Positions 11,900 to 24,011 of a DNA stretch of 64,000 bases are shown here, one piece after another. The notes beneath the pieces are model-generated. The model had not been told where the DNA came from, made no database searches, and saw only the letters and a list, made by a program, of their open reading frames with translations. Origin of the DNA: Takakia lepidozioides (lineage: Eukaryota; Plantae; Bryophyta); the NCBI GenBank assembly GCA_030704615.1, contig CM060732.1:32054001-32118000 (forward strand), given 5' to 3'. How positions within the stretch are numbered: position 1 is the first letter of the stretch; every line of letters begins with the position of its first letter. Made by a program: the position numbers and the translations under genes.

Positions 11900-13330
11900 G
11901 AGAGACGACGTATACGGCGGTTCCTGAGGGCTTACAGGAATTGCTTTGCCTTCAGTTTGAAGGACTTGGGAGCACTGAAGGGTCAAGAGATCCGTATTGA
12001 GTTGGCCACTGACACGCCAATCTTTCGGAGACCCTATAGATACAGTGACATGGAGAGGTCTTTGATTCAGATGAGGACTCAAGATCTCTGGGAGGCAGGT
12101 TTGGTGGAGCTCTCTGGTGGAGAGTATGCTTCAGCCACAGTGATGCCAGCTAAGAAGGATGTCTATGGCAATTGGACGGAGAGACGTATGTGCGGTGATT
12201 ACCGGCCTGTAAATCGTCAGACCAAGTCCGATAGGTATGCCATGCCAACACCAGAGGAGATCTTTGATGCCATTGGGCATTCCAAGGTCTTTAGCACGTT
12301 GGATTTACGATCCGGATATCACTAGTTGCCGATCAAGGAGGCGGATAAGCAAAAGACGGCATTCTGGGGGATCAATGAGCACGGGAAGGATTGCCTATAC
12401 CAGTGGCGGTTCTTACCATTTGGGCTTAAAAACGCTCCCGCTGAGTTTCAAAGAGTCATGGACAGGATTCTAGCAGGGGTGGAGTTTGCTCGGTGCTACA
12501 TAGATGACATCATCATCTTTAGTGCTACGGTGGAGGAGCATGAGAGACACCTTCAGGGGGTATTTGAGCGCTTAAGGACGCACGGATTGAAGTTACATCC
12601 GGGCAAGTGCAAGTTTTTCCACAACCAGATTGAGTATCTGGGTCACATGATATATCCTGGAGGATTGGGGGTACAGCAGACTAAAGTAGAGTCCATTGTA
12701 CAGGTTCCACGCCCCACGGATATGAGCCGAGTTCGAGCTTTCATGGGGTTAGCAAACTATTACAGACGGTTGTTAAGGGATTTAGTGCCATTGCAAAGGC
12801 TCTAACCAAGCTGACCAAGGTGGACCAGGAGTGGCAGTGGGGAGTGGGAAGATGAGCAAGAACAAGCTTTTCAAGAGCTCAAGGCGAGGTTGACCTCGGC
12901 GCCCATCTTGAGACGACCTATCAGGGGGCGTTCTTTTCAGCTGCATACAGATTGGAGTATGCTGGGGCTTGGAGCGGTGCTCACACAGGTGGATGATGAG
13001 GGAAGAGAGTTCGTAGTGGCTTATGCTAGCCGCTCGAACAATGCTGCAGAGTCTAAGTATAGCTCATATGAGGGAGATGCTTAGCTGCAGTGTGGGCCGT
13101 GGCACACTTCAGGTGCTATCTATACGGCAATCTCTTCACCCTTGTCACGGATCACCAACCACTCAAGTGGTTGATGGAGTCAGACAAGCTTACGGGGAAG
13201 CTTGCACGGTGGGCACTCATCCTTCAAGAGTATGACTTTCAGGTGGTGGCATCGACCGGGTTGGTGAATCGCAATGCAGATGGGTTGAGTCGCAATCCAT
13301 GCACGAGCCAGCAGGATGACACTGGAGCTC
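11900..13330 (+). pseudogene. pol: Reverse transcriptase and RNase H of pol
   Basis: RMCGDYRPVN, FSTLDLRSGYH* (TAG 12323-12325), LPFGLKNAP, YIDD (12497-12508), YLGH. RNase H motifs LHTDWS, YASRS, TDHQPL, NADGLSR. Confidence 0.95.
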
Positions 13331-13559
13331 GGTGGCATGGTGAGACGGACGAGGAGATGGTGCCCGGATGGCATGCATCTGCATTTCTGTGTATCTTGGC
13401 AGCAGAAGGCCAGGTTGGACCTGCAACAGGGATGACTGTAGATCAAGTGTCTGAGGACCCTGAGGCAGCAATGAGCAAGGTGGCGCCAAAGATATACATG
13501 AGGATTCAGTTGTGTTGGACTACCTCCGCACTGGAGACACTGCAGCCACTGTGACTGCC

Positions 13560-14650
13560 AAGGAGAGGGATCGGATCCTACAACGAGCCAAGAGGTTCAA
13601 GTGGGAGGGGACACACCTGCTCCGAGTGGGGAGGATGGTCGAGTGAGGATTGTGCCTCACCCAACACAGCGGGCACGGTTAGTGCGGCATGCCCATGAGG
13701 AGTTGGGGCATTTTGGGGTGCGACGCACTCATAGTCTACTGCAGGGGCAGTATTGGTGGCGTGGTATGCACACAGAGGTACAACAATTTGTGGCTAGGTG
13801 CATGGTGTGTGACAGGGTGCGTGCTTCATTCAACGCCCCTACTCCACAATTGCACCCTCTTCCGATCATGGGATTGGGCTATAGGTGGAGTCTTGACTTC
13901 GCAGGGCCATTGCCACTGACCATGCGCCACAACAAGTACGTGTTGGTGATGGTGGAGCACTTCTCCAAGTGGATTGAATTGGTTCCATTGCCTGATAAGG
14001 CTAGTGAGGGAGCTGCGTATGCATTCTTGGATTGTGTGCTTAGCCGATTCGGTGCTCCAGCTGAGGTACTCACGGACCAAGGGAGAGAGTTCTTGGGGGA
14101 GTTTCAGGCTTTGTGTGACAAGGCCTTGATAGCAGAAGGGACACCTAGGAGATTGGGACCTTCAGTTACCCTGGTTAGCCATGGGCTACAGGTTCAGCAA
14201 GCAAGCATCACTTGCCTCATTCTCACCATACTTTCTTCTCTTTGGCCGAGAGCCGGATTTGCCTACATCCATTCGCAGAGAAGCTGCTACAGTTCTTAAC
14301 CTTGACGATCCGGACGTGTGGGCACGTGCATGTGAGCAGCATGCAGAGTTGTTCAAGAGAGTCATGCCCATGGCTTTCGAGAACCTTGCCATTGCACAAC
14401 ACCGTGATACGTTGAGGTATGCTACCATACGTGGTGGGGGCTATCGTCCTGGGGTTCGGAGATTCAACCCTGGTGACTATGTCTATCTGCAGCAGACTGC
14501 CCCTACGACCCTGGATGTGACTGCAGGACGTGTTATTTTGAGGGTTCGAGAGGTCTTGCCCTCATGCGTCTTGGTCTTGGAGGGTCGGGATGGCATAACT
14601 TGGAAGGACCATGTGCGTAATTGTGCGCCATGTCACCTTCCGAATGTCGA
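13560..14650 (+). pseudogene. Integrase (HHCC zinc domain and core; segment with the catalytic E is deleted near 14130)
   Basis: HEELGHFG...CMVC, WSLDFAGPLP, VLTDQGREF, SPYFLLFGREP. The usual HP..DG.AER segment is missing between DKALI and DWDLQLPW. Confidence 0.9.
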
Positions 14651-14696
14651 TGGCAGGATTGACCCAAACCTGGCAGTGGTATCTGCAGGTTTGAGG

Positions 14697-14840
14697 TGTA
14701 TGTTGTGTGGGTCTGCTAAAGGGGCAGCCACCATGCTGGTGTGCGATCGATGCTCTAGAGGTTGGCATATGGGATGCTTGACTCCACCTCTTGAGATGGT
14801 TCCAGATGGGGATTGGTTATGTCCACATTGCATTGGATAG
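14697..14840 (+). CDS. C4HC3 PHD finger at the pol C-terminus
   Basis: CMLC...MLVCDRCSRGWHMGCLTPPLEMVPDGDWLCPHC, in frame with the integrase C-terminal part (ORF 14181-14840). Confidence 0.95.
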   Translation, partial: CMLCGSAKGAATMLVCDRCSRGWHMGCLTPPLEMVPDGDWLCPHCIG

Positions 14841-15098
14841 TGGGAGTGGATACAACCATGGAAGGCTAACAAGCAACGCAAGGCCCAGCTACTAGGAGAC
14901 CTTGAACACACGAGATCCTGGCTCAAGTTCACAGATTGCAAGACGGCGGCTAACGATGGGGCTACTCTTGTACCCGGCCCCTTGGTCTATAGAGTTTGAG
15001 TACAATAGGGACAGTGATAGAGGACTTAGTACGGCTGTGGCTATTACATCTTTGCTATCTGGAGGTAGAGGGACCTATCCACCAGCTAGGGGGGCGAT

Positions 15099-15621
15099 TG
15101 TGGCAGACTACTTTATTGGGCATATATGTGTGGTGTGGTTTGGACAGCGATGTAGTTGTGTAGCGACATGTATGCGCACGACAGCTGTCAAGTTAAATAA
15201 GCACAGTGTGAAAACAGCTAGAATAAAACTAGTTATTTGTATTTAACACTTGGATTTAGGTCAAGTGTTAAATCAGGTGTCAAGTTTAGTTTGACACCTG
15301 GTCCGTCTTATCTTCACGAGAGCGGCAGTCGCGCGGCTCATCTCTCTCGAGTTGAGCCTGCGCGACCGAGCTCCTGCATGCGTTTAGATCTGAGTGTACT
15401 CATGATGGGAGTGTAGGTTGTTGTGGGGTGGAGTCCCTATAGCTTGGGGTGCCCCTGGCTCGACTACTATTTCTAAGAGTGATGGTTTGGTTTTCATGCT
15501 TTGCATCGTGTGTGTCCTTAGCTTTTTTAGCACTATTGTGGCAGACTACTTTATTGGGCATATATGTGTGGTGTGGTTTGGACAACGATGTAGTTGTGTA
15601 GCGACATGTATGCGCACGACA
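15099..15621 (+). repeat. Putative 3' LTR (523 bp) beginning and ending with the same 85-bp sequence
   Basis: TGTGGCAGACTAC...GCGCACGACA at 15099-15183 and 15537-15621, with one mismatch (CAGCG/CAACG); directly follows the PPT. Confidence 0.8.
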
Positions 15622-16811
15622 TGTCCGTTCATGGCACTCGCAGTCCAACAATCGACGGCCGTGGTAGAAGACGTGGTGTTGGGGCCGGAATTTTTGTGGA
15701 TGACATAGCACAGGAGGTCGATACTGATTCTGATGACTGTGACACTTGATATGAAGTTTTCTTTTGCTTTTATTCGGGGCCAATTTGGAAATGGGATGGT
15801 TGTGTGTCCCTGTTGTCCTGTTTGCAATGTGTGCGTGGGATGCAAATTCATGGGAACAGACTATCGTTGGAGATGGGGGTTGCATGGACTGCCCAGATTG
15901 TTCCTTCAATCTATTTAGTGTTTTGCGGAGCTCACAGGCTTGTTAGCATTGCGAAAACAAACACAGATATTTGGTTCGGGTAGAGCATTCTCGCATCATT
16001 TGCTCGTTGGTCTCCAAACCATTCCTGCTAGAAGAATGCTTGGTAAATCCATCACATTAAAGTCCACGTGATCAAAGACCGTTCAGGCATTCTCAAATCT
16101 GGTGAGTATCCATGATGCTCCCGCACATACTTGGCATGTTCGCAAGGGTGGTGAGTAAGAAAAGATTTTGCAGGGATCCGCTTTGGATGATGTGAGTGTG
16201 CACCTGCTCACGACGTAGCCACATTCCAATGCAGGGGCTTGGTATGTTTGACTTAGTTTCGGGCCACGTCAGGCAAAATCACAGGGCCCACGTAGGGCAA
16301 AAAGCAAAACCGAAACAAGCCCCTGAGTTGCCCATCACCACGGCGCCTACCCAACCGGCCGGCCAACTGCCTCACTTCCCTGCAGCATGACAAGGTCTCT
16401 CTATCTCGCCCTGTTTGAAGCTCTCTCTCACTCTCTCGTCATTACCATCCAAAACCAAAATTGAGGGGGATTTGAACCCCCTGATCTGCCCGTATGTGCA
16501 GACAGTTCCCCCCCCCCCCAAGCAGCCAGAGAACCCCCTCCAACAAGGCAACAAACCCCCATTGCAGCAACCTCCTGGAGACCCCCAAAAATCTGCAACC
16601 ATAAATGGATGCAATGGATAGTAAGGATGGATACAATGGATGTAACACAACCAGTCTGCATTCCGTGCAAATGGCTGATCAACCCGCGGTAATAGGTGAC
16701 ACCCGTGGTAATAGGCCCTGTATGCATGCTGACGTGGCGTGAGCCTGTGCTGGGCTCACGGTTTCCTGGGCTCATAGGCTCACGCCTCCGGGCTCACGGA
16801 ATAGCACCCCC
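15622..16811. mobile_element. Remnant right end of a DNA transposon (Mutator-like) with GCTCACG subterminal repeats
   Basis: Ends GCTCACGGAATAGCACCCCC (16792-16811), an inverted match to 62008-62028. GGTAATAGGCCCT (16707-16719) occurs inverted at 61216-61228. Confidence 0.5.
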
Positions 16812-18690
16812 ACTTATAAATGACCTACATAATATTGGGGGGTACAAGTACATTGTAAAAACCCTACCTGTCAACGTTTTTCATCCTGCATCATCCAATG
16901 CACCGACATCATGATGATCACCTGACATCATCCATGGACCATCCATCCATCCATCATCCATCAACCGACATCATCAATCATCCACCGACATCATCCACTG
17001 CACAAACATCATCTTGCGCACATTTAACATCCAAAGCACCTTTATCATCGTGTGCCATTTGTTTTTTATACTGCATGTTTTTTTTGGCGAAGAGACCTGG
17101 CCAACTGTAAAGATGCCTTCAGTTAGTGGTGGGTCCTCCATCATCGTGTGTCATTTGTTGTTTATACTGCATTATTTTCTGAGCACGGACCCGAACAGCA
17201 GAGATGTCTTCAATTAGTGGCAGAGATGCCATGAATCAGCGTTGGGTCCTTGATCTGGTGGTCTTTTCTGAAGCCGTTGGGGAGAAACTACTTATATCAG
17301 CCGACCATGTGCACTGCGCTTCTACAAAGGCATCGAGAAAGGGAGTTTCACGGATTGGGGCATCCCGAGTGGTACTGGTAGAAGTTCCCTGGAATGGAGC
17401 AGTTTGTCGGCAGGCAACCAGCGGAGTTTTGTGAATCGGATAGTACAAAAAGGTTGTACTTTGCAAGACTGGTGGCTGCGCACACTACTATCACTTTGAT
17501 GAATCGTGCATTTTTGGTCTCTTTCTGTATATATAGGTTTTAGAGCAAAATGCATGATTCATCAACAGAAAAGCAGTGAGTTTTGAAACTGTTGTTTGAC
17601 CACACTACTACCGGTGAGTGCTATACCAGTATGTTCCGGGATGTGAAGTAGAAATATAGGGATAGGTTCTTCAAACCTAGCCATCTTCCAGATTCTTGGA
17701 CTAATAACTATTGTTTTTTCCTCGAATTCAAGGTAGGTTCTTCACCTATCATGAAGCTCCAGATCAACCCTTCAACCTGCACAACACCTTAACAATAAAC
17801 CGTAATATCTTTTGTATATAGGCTCATAATTTCTTTAAATTCCAGTTCCCTGTCCACGTTGAACTGGGCGCCATTATGTAAAATTAAATTTGTTAAGTCT
17901 TGTATGTATTTATGAATGATGCTATATAATATTTTATATACATAAGAAAGGAATTCATAAATATTTTTAATTATTTTCTTGACAAAGAATTATTAACCTC
18001 AATAATTCATTGGAGTGGATTAGGTGACAGACATCAAGTGTTTCCTACGGATGGTTCAAAATTCAAATGCATTTTCACTACCACCCGCGACGTTGCAGCG
18101 TGGTTTTCAGTTCATATTTGTATGATGCTAAGTCCGTAGTTGATTTTGTCGCCAGGGTGTGTAGAAGAATTCCACAAATTAATATGAGCCTCGGGCCGTC
18201 CAGAAAGTTGGAGGACCAAGCTGTGTGTCAATCAGAATGTCACATGCAAAGGATGTTGCACCGGTCCCACGAGGAGTTGAAATCATGAAGAAGAATTTAA
18301 CAGGGGGCATACTCATAATCTTCTTGAATTCATGGGATACAAATAAATGATCTATATAATAATAATAGCAAGTGCGTGTATGAGTGAATATTAAATTATA
18401 AAATCTTATCTGCGATTCTGCATTTTAAAATAAATTTGATATTTTTTATAAGTGGTGTGAACAACTAAGTTGATTTGTCGAGGGACGTGGTCATACAGTA
18501 TTCCTTCGTGTACCAAATGCCTGACAAATCAAAGATGAAAGCATCTAAGCATAAATTTGAAGGATCTAAGAATCTATTAGAGAATATTCGATGAACAAGT
18601 GGGATGAAGACATGGGCATTTGGTATTCCGACGCATACTGTTTGCCCACAAAATCAACCCTGGACAAATCATCTACATCCACTAGTGGTT

Positions 18691-18777
18691 GATTTGTCGA
18701 TGGTCGTAGATGATTTGTCGATGGTCGTAGATGATTTGTTGATGGTCATAGATGATTTGTTGATGGTCGTAGATGAT
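18691..18777 (+). repeat. 21-bp tandem repeat x4 (GATTTGTCGATGGTCGTAGAT)
   Basis: Directly visible; translates as DDLSMVV repeats in a spurious ORF. Confidence 0.9.
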
Positions 18778-19688
18778 AGTAAAATTGTCGAGCATTTGGT
18801 ATTCCATAGTTTCCCTCCTGTGTGCCTAATGGCTTATCTGATAGGAGTGTTTTGCGCTCCAAGTGGTTTAGAGATGTGGAGGTGAAAGCGGCATCCCCCC
18901 CCCTGGTAATGCTCCTAGGACGGAGCCCCTTGCAAGCGGTGGCTGTGGCGCCTCCCAAGCGTTCAGGATGCCAATGACATTAAGTAATAACTCGAAACAC
19001 TCTTGTGATTTTTTTTGGGGGTCGCTTTGTTGTGTGCCGCATAGGGTCCAGGCGTTAAATTGTCTTCAGCAGAAACTATCTAATCTGGCGAAGCAAACAA
19101 TATAGTCAGACAAGGGCTATAATTAACAGCCTCGTCCTGTCGAAACGTTTGGTACATTTGGCACTTAGGTCAAGATGGGAGCATGGAAGAGCGCTGGCAG
19201 GATTTCTGTAAAGATTCTTCACAATGGTGGGATTACAGCTACGACAAGGTGCTTTTTCTTCATGTAGGATGTGAAGGAGTCTGTGGTGGGGAGGTTTGAC
19301 TGACTCTTGTATGATAATATTTTGTAGACTGGATTACCCCCCTAACTGTTAAGTTGAGTACAATTAGAATCTTGGGTTGTTCTGCGTGCTTTTGAGGTGT
19401 CACTGGCAAAGGGATTGTAGTCAATTATCCAAAAACCAAATCAGAGAGGAGAAGAATCTTTGAAAGGAATGTTTTTCAAACCCCAGTCAATGGTTGGGCA
19501 ATTGAGGCAGAAAGGTGAATGTCTGTTATGTTACAGCAGAAGTAGAAGCAGAGAGCAAGATGCATTGAAAAGTTTCCTTGCAAATTGTTATCCTCCCTCT
19601 CTCCCAACACATTTTAAAGTATTGTAAGCAGTTCAGCATAGACCCCAGTGTTTGTAGTCAGCAGGGATGGGGTGTTTTCTAGATAAGT

Positions 19689-21750
19689 TTGAGGTTGTCA
19701 TTGTCAGCGGCTATTAGCAATAAGAAGGATCTGTGCGTCATTGGTGTCGCGGCAGGGATAGCTGAAGGAGGCAGGGATGGAGTCTTGGTCCAGATCCATC
19801 CAAGCTGTTCAAATTTGAAGCACAAGAGTACCAATGAACTACTGTGGCTTGATGGCTACAGGAAAACTGCATGGGTGGATGGTCAATTGGAAGCAGCAGC
19901 AGCAGTAGAGATAATAAATCAAGGCACCTCCACCATGATGACCGCACCCAAAAGAGGACCAAGAGAGTGGGTTCACAAGATCTCTTCTGGCACCTGTGGC
20001 GCACATGTGAGGATGCTTTGTGAGGCAGGACAACTGAAAGAGGCTCTGAGCATTTTGAATCATGGAGGTATTTCAACAGATTTCGCTACCTATGTCTGCC
20101 TCTTGCGTAAGTGCACCAAGATGAAAGACCTAGCAGCAGGAAAACAGGTGCATGCCCACATTATCCAATGTGGATTCAAGCCCAATGTGTTTCTGCACAA
20201 CACCCTTGTCAACATGTATGTCAAATGTGGGAGCATTGTGGATGCACACCGAGTGTTTGCCAAAATGCCTGAACGAGGTGTGATTACATGGAACATAATG
20301 ATAGCAGGATATACCAAGCATGGGTATGGTAGGAATGCCTTGGAGACCTATGAGCAAATGATACAGGAGGGGGTGAAGCCTGACCAGGTCACATTCGTCT
20401 GCATTTGCAAGGCGTGTGCAAGCCTGGCAGCTCTTGAAAAGGGCAAAGAGGTGCATGCTGACATCATGAAATCTGGAATTGTACCACATATGGGTGTGAA
20501 CAATTCCCTCGTGGATATGTATTTCAAATGTGGGAGCATCAAAGATGCGAAGGGAGTGTTTGACAACATGGCTGAACGTGATGTGGTATCATGGAGTGTG
20601 ATGATTGCAGGATATGCCCAGCATGGGTGCGGGATAGAGGCTTTGGAGACCTATGAGCAAATGATGCAGGAAGGGGTGAAGCCTGACCAGATCACGTTTG
20701 TTTGCATTTGCAATGCGTGCGCAAGCCTGGCAGCCCTGGAAAAGGGCGAAAAGGTCCATGCTGACATCGTGAAAGCTGGAATTGTACCAAATATGATTCT
20801 GAGTACTACCCTCATGGACATGTATGCTAAATGTGGGAGCATTGAGGATGCAAAGGGAGTGTTCGACAATATGGCTGAAAGGAATGTGGTTGCATGGAGT
20901 GCGATGATCTCAGGATACGCACAGCATGGATATGAGATGGAGGCTTTGGAGACCTTTGAGCAAATGATGCAGGAAGGGGTGAAGCCGGACCAGGTCACTT
21001 TCATTTGCGTTTGCAATGCGTGTGCAAGCCTGGCAGCCCTGGAAAAGGGCAAAGAGGTCCATACTGACATCATGAAAGCCGGAGTTGTACCAAGTATGAC
21101 TCTGAACAATACCCTCATGGACATGTATGTCAAATGCGGGAGCGTCGAGGAAGCAAAGGGAGTGTTTGACAATATGGCTGCACGAAATGTGGTGTCATGG
21201 AGTGTGATGATCGCAGGATTTGCCAAGCATGGGTGTCGTAGGGAAGCCCTGCAATTGTTTGAAGGAATGCAAAAGGAAGGCTTGAAGCCGAACAATATCA
21301 CCTTTCTGTCTGTCCTCCAAGCATGTAGCCATGGGGGCCTCATTGATGAAGGCAGACACTACTTCGATTCCCTGTGTCAAGATTATGGCCTCACTCCTGC
21401 AGTGGAGCACTTTGGCTGCGTGGTGGACCTTCTTGGCCGTTCAGGGCAATTGGATGAGGCTGAGGAATTCATTAACAAAATGCCAGTCCATCCAGATGCT
21501 GTGGTGTGGAAAGCCTTGCTTGGTGCCTGCAGAATTCATGGCAATGTGGAGGCGGCTGAACGTGTGGCACAATCTATTCTCCAATGGGATCAACAGGAGC
21601 CACATCTTATGTGTTACTAGCAAATATCTATGCTGCAGCTGGCAGATGGGACGATACTGACAGGTTAGAAAAATGATGGGATTCAGGTGTCAGAATGCTT
21701 ACGTCCTCACTGCATTGAGGTTGGCAACTGCAGGCAGTTTTTGATTAACA
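19689..21750 (+). CDS. PLS-class pentatricopeptide repeat protein with E domain (organellar RNA editing factor type); E/E+ region frameshifted, no DYW seen; true start uncertain
   Basis: Intronless ORF of 643 aa with repeated triplets (LVNMYVKCGSI / VVSWSVMIAGYAQHG / PDQVTFVCICNACASL), then HFGCVVDLLGRSG and VWKALLGACRIHGN. TSYVLLANIYAAAGRWD and CIEVGN continue in shifted frames after 21600. Confidence 0.92.
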
Positions 21751-22319
21751 GCACATTGCATGAATTACCAGCCCTCAGAAAAGCCACGACCGGAATCTTC
21801 TGGTTTGGTCCTAAAGACATTATAAAAAAAGCCACAAACACCACTTCCACGAAGGCCAAAGGTCATAGTGAAGCCGAAAGAGCTCGACACATTTTAGAGC
21901 GTCTAGAGTTGGAGAGCGTTGAACGCCTGGCTCTTAGAGCTGGATGAGTATTTCCGAGCAACTAGACTTAGTGACGAGCACTGAGTGCGCACCCGATCAT
22001 ACATGGCCTTCATATCACGCGACACAACCATGCAGTCTGGCATCTCCATAAGCTTTCAAGCTTTCAATTTCCTAAAGTCCAAAACACGGCCGAACCAGAA
22101 ATAGTCTTCAACATTGTGGAGCGCGATCGACATTGTGGGCCAAACGAAAGCTATAAGAGAAGCTGCCAAAGACTTTGAAGAAAACATGGAGAATGACTAT
22201 TCATCCCATCTAGAGAAGGAGTGGGATAGCTACGCCGTGAGACTGGATCTTGGGAGCCATTTGAAGTCGACGATTTGTGGGGCGGCATGGTAAGCCTCTA
22301 CAAACGATGTCTAACAAAC

Positions 22320-22375
22320 ATGTTTCAATTGTGGGAAGCTGGGTCACTTGCAAAGAAAGTGCCCAAACATGGCAC
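22320..22375 (+). pseudogene. CCHC zinc knuckle in a degenerate gag/ORF1-like remnant
   Basis: TCFNCGKLGHLQRKCP in a frame otherwise broken by stops. Confidence 0.55.
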
Positions 22376-23066
22376 AAACGACTATGGAGTTTTCGATTGC
22401 TCTATCAACCGATTGTTGGAGGTCGCTGTGGCATAATCTTGCAAAAAGTGTCACACTTTTCCATGACTCCAGCAATGGTGCCAAAGCACGGGCTGCCAAG
22501 GATTGAAGTTGGGGCTCCCACAGAGGTATGTTTCGCAAAAAAAGAGCCACGACCAACAAGGACAAGTTTTACGACTATATGAGCCTCGAGGGATATATAT
22601 ATATATTTTCAAAATCCCGCAAAATGGCTTTGTCCACTTTTCAACCATGTTATTCACTTTAGCCAAATATAATGTTTCTGTTTACAATTATCTTTGGTGA
22701 AATGAAAACATCAAGATGACACATAGTTGTCTTATGACTCACAATATCGTAGGATTAGTCCTACTATTACATCAATATATGAAGCGAGACGTTTTGTTTT
22801 GTTTTGTAGCGTCGTTGAGATCTCCCAAACCGCGGGGCCCAGCGCGGGTATTTGGTGCCGTTGGAAAGCCCTCGAGGAGGAGGGGTGCACCGGCTTGGTC
22901 TCATGATTTTTGGACAAGCGGTGAGGGAGATGTGGAATTCCAAGTATTTTTGGTCGCTGGAGATTCACAAAAAATAGCAAAAATGGCAAAGTGGGCATTC
23001 CTGGGACAATGGTTGGAGCCTTGACGGGAGAGATATCAAGGGAAAGGCCTCCGGTTCAAATCTGGT

Positions 23067-23430
23067 GCCAGGGGGATTCAAATACAATGTAGAGGACCGC
23101 CTGCACCTTAGTTGGACTTTGGTACTGGACTCGGTACAAAGTCTATAGTTGTGGCACTGAACACATATTGGAATTGGAAACGCATAAACTTCCGGCCATA
23201 AACTTTACTCACTTTCAATAAAGGTTCCATAGCTGTAGTACAAATCCTATCTGTGATGAATACTTTGGTATTTAAAGAAGAGGCCTACTTCACCATCAAT
23301 GAAGGAGACCATATGCTTAAACAATGAGGAATGTCAGGGTTTGCATTTAGCACAATGATGTGATTGGTAAGAAGGCGCTTGTTATGAATGTTATTGTGGA
23401 CTTACTACACGGCTCCCTGCAGCCAAAGGG
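23067..23430 (+). repeat. Dispersed copy of sequence in HNH gene intron 1 (38549-38934)
   Basis: Near-identical GCCAGGGGGATTC...TACAATGTAGAGGACCGCCTGCACC...CCTGCAGCCAAAGGGAC at both sites. Confidence 0.9.
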
Positions 23431-23587
23431 ACACATGAAGAATCACTTTTGTTACTGATTGTTGGGGTCAGTCTATGGTGGATGTCAGATCCAGTATAGG
23501 GTTGCAACTTACACATGTAAAATGCCCACATGTCTGCAGATTTTGAAAACATATGGCTGTGCAGATAAGTTAGCAATCAAATTTGCA

Positions 23588-24011
23588 GGCGACCTTAACA
23601 CACAGCCATGGCAGATTCCCTGTCAGCAAAAGTAAGTACGACAAAAATGGCTGGGAATATTGTATGCAGTTAGCCATCAGTGAGTGGGATACACTCTTGA
23701 GGGACCACGAATTTGTACCATACAAAATAGTAGAAGTGGGGAATGGCAAATTTGAGGTATGTTCCAATCAGTCCCTTTGATACTCTGTTTTTGAGAACAG
23801 GTTTCATATTTGACTTTGTGCTCATGTTGGGGTGATGCTGTTAAATCCTCAACATTGATGTTTTATGTCCACTATTCTGCCTGTAAATGCATCTCAACAA
23901 AACTGCCTTGGTGATGTTATGCAGCGCCGTTTCAATTATGATGATGAGAGGTTTGTGAAGCTGAAAACAGATTTGGGTCCTGAGGTCCTCAAAACTGTAA
24001 CAGATGCACTC
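23588..24011 (+). pseudogene. XH-domain (IDN2/FDM family) gene fragment, cut by a LINE
   Basis: SEWDTLLRDHEFVPYKIVEVGNGKFE | RRFNYDDERFVKLKTDLGPEVLKTVTDAL with a GT-AG intron; paralogous to 35821-36120. Confidence 0.75.

Larger units (their letters stand above)
5270..15621 (+). mobile_element. Ty3/Gypsy LTR retrotransposon carrying a DNMT3-like methyltransferase and PHD finger; 5' LTR not found, 5' boundary uncertain
   Basis: Domain order gag - PR - C5-MTase - RT - RNase H - IN - PHD. Polypurine tract AGGGGGGCGA at ~15088-15097, then a TG...CA LTR at 15099-15621. Confidence 0.9.

Noticed and set aside
1-15621. Bacterial contamination or restriction-modification locus explaining the two methyltransferases
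   Set aside because: One has spliceosomal introns and the other lies inside a Gypsy pol; no operon structure.
20651-21343. 230-aa minus-strand ORF
   Set aside because: Antisense shadow of the repetitive PPR coding region.
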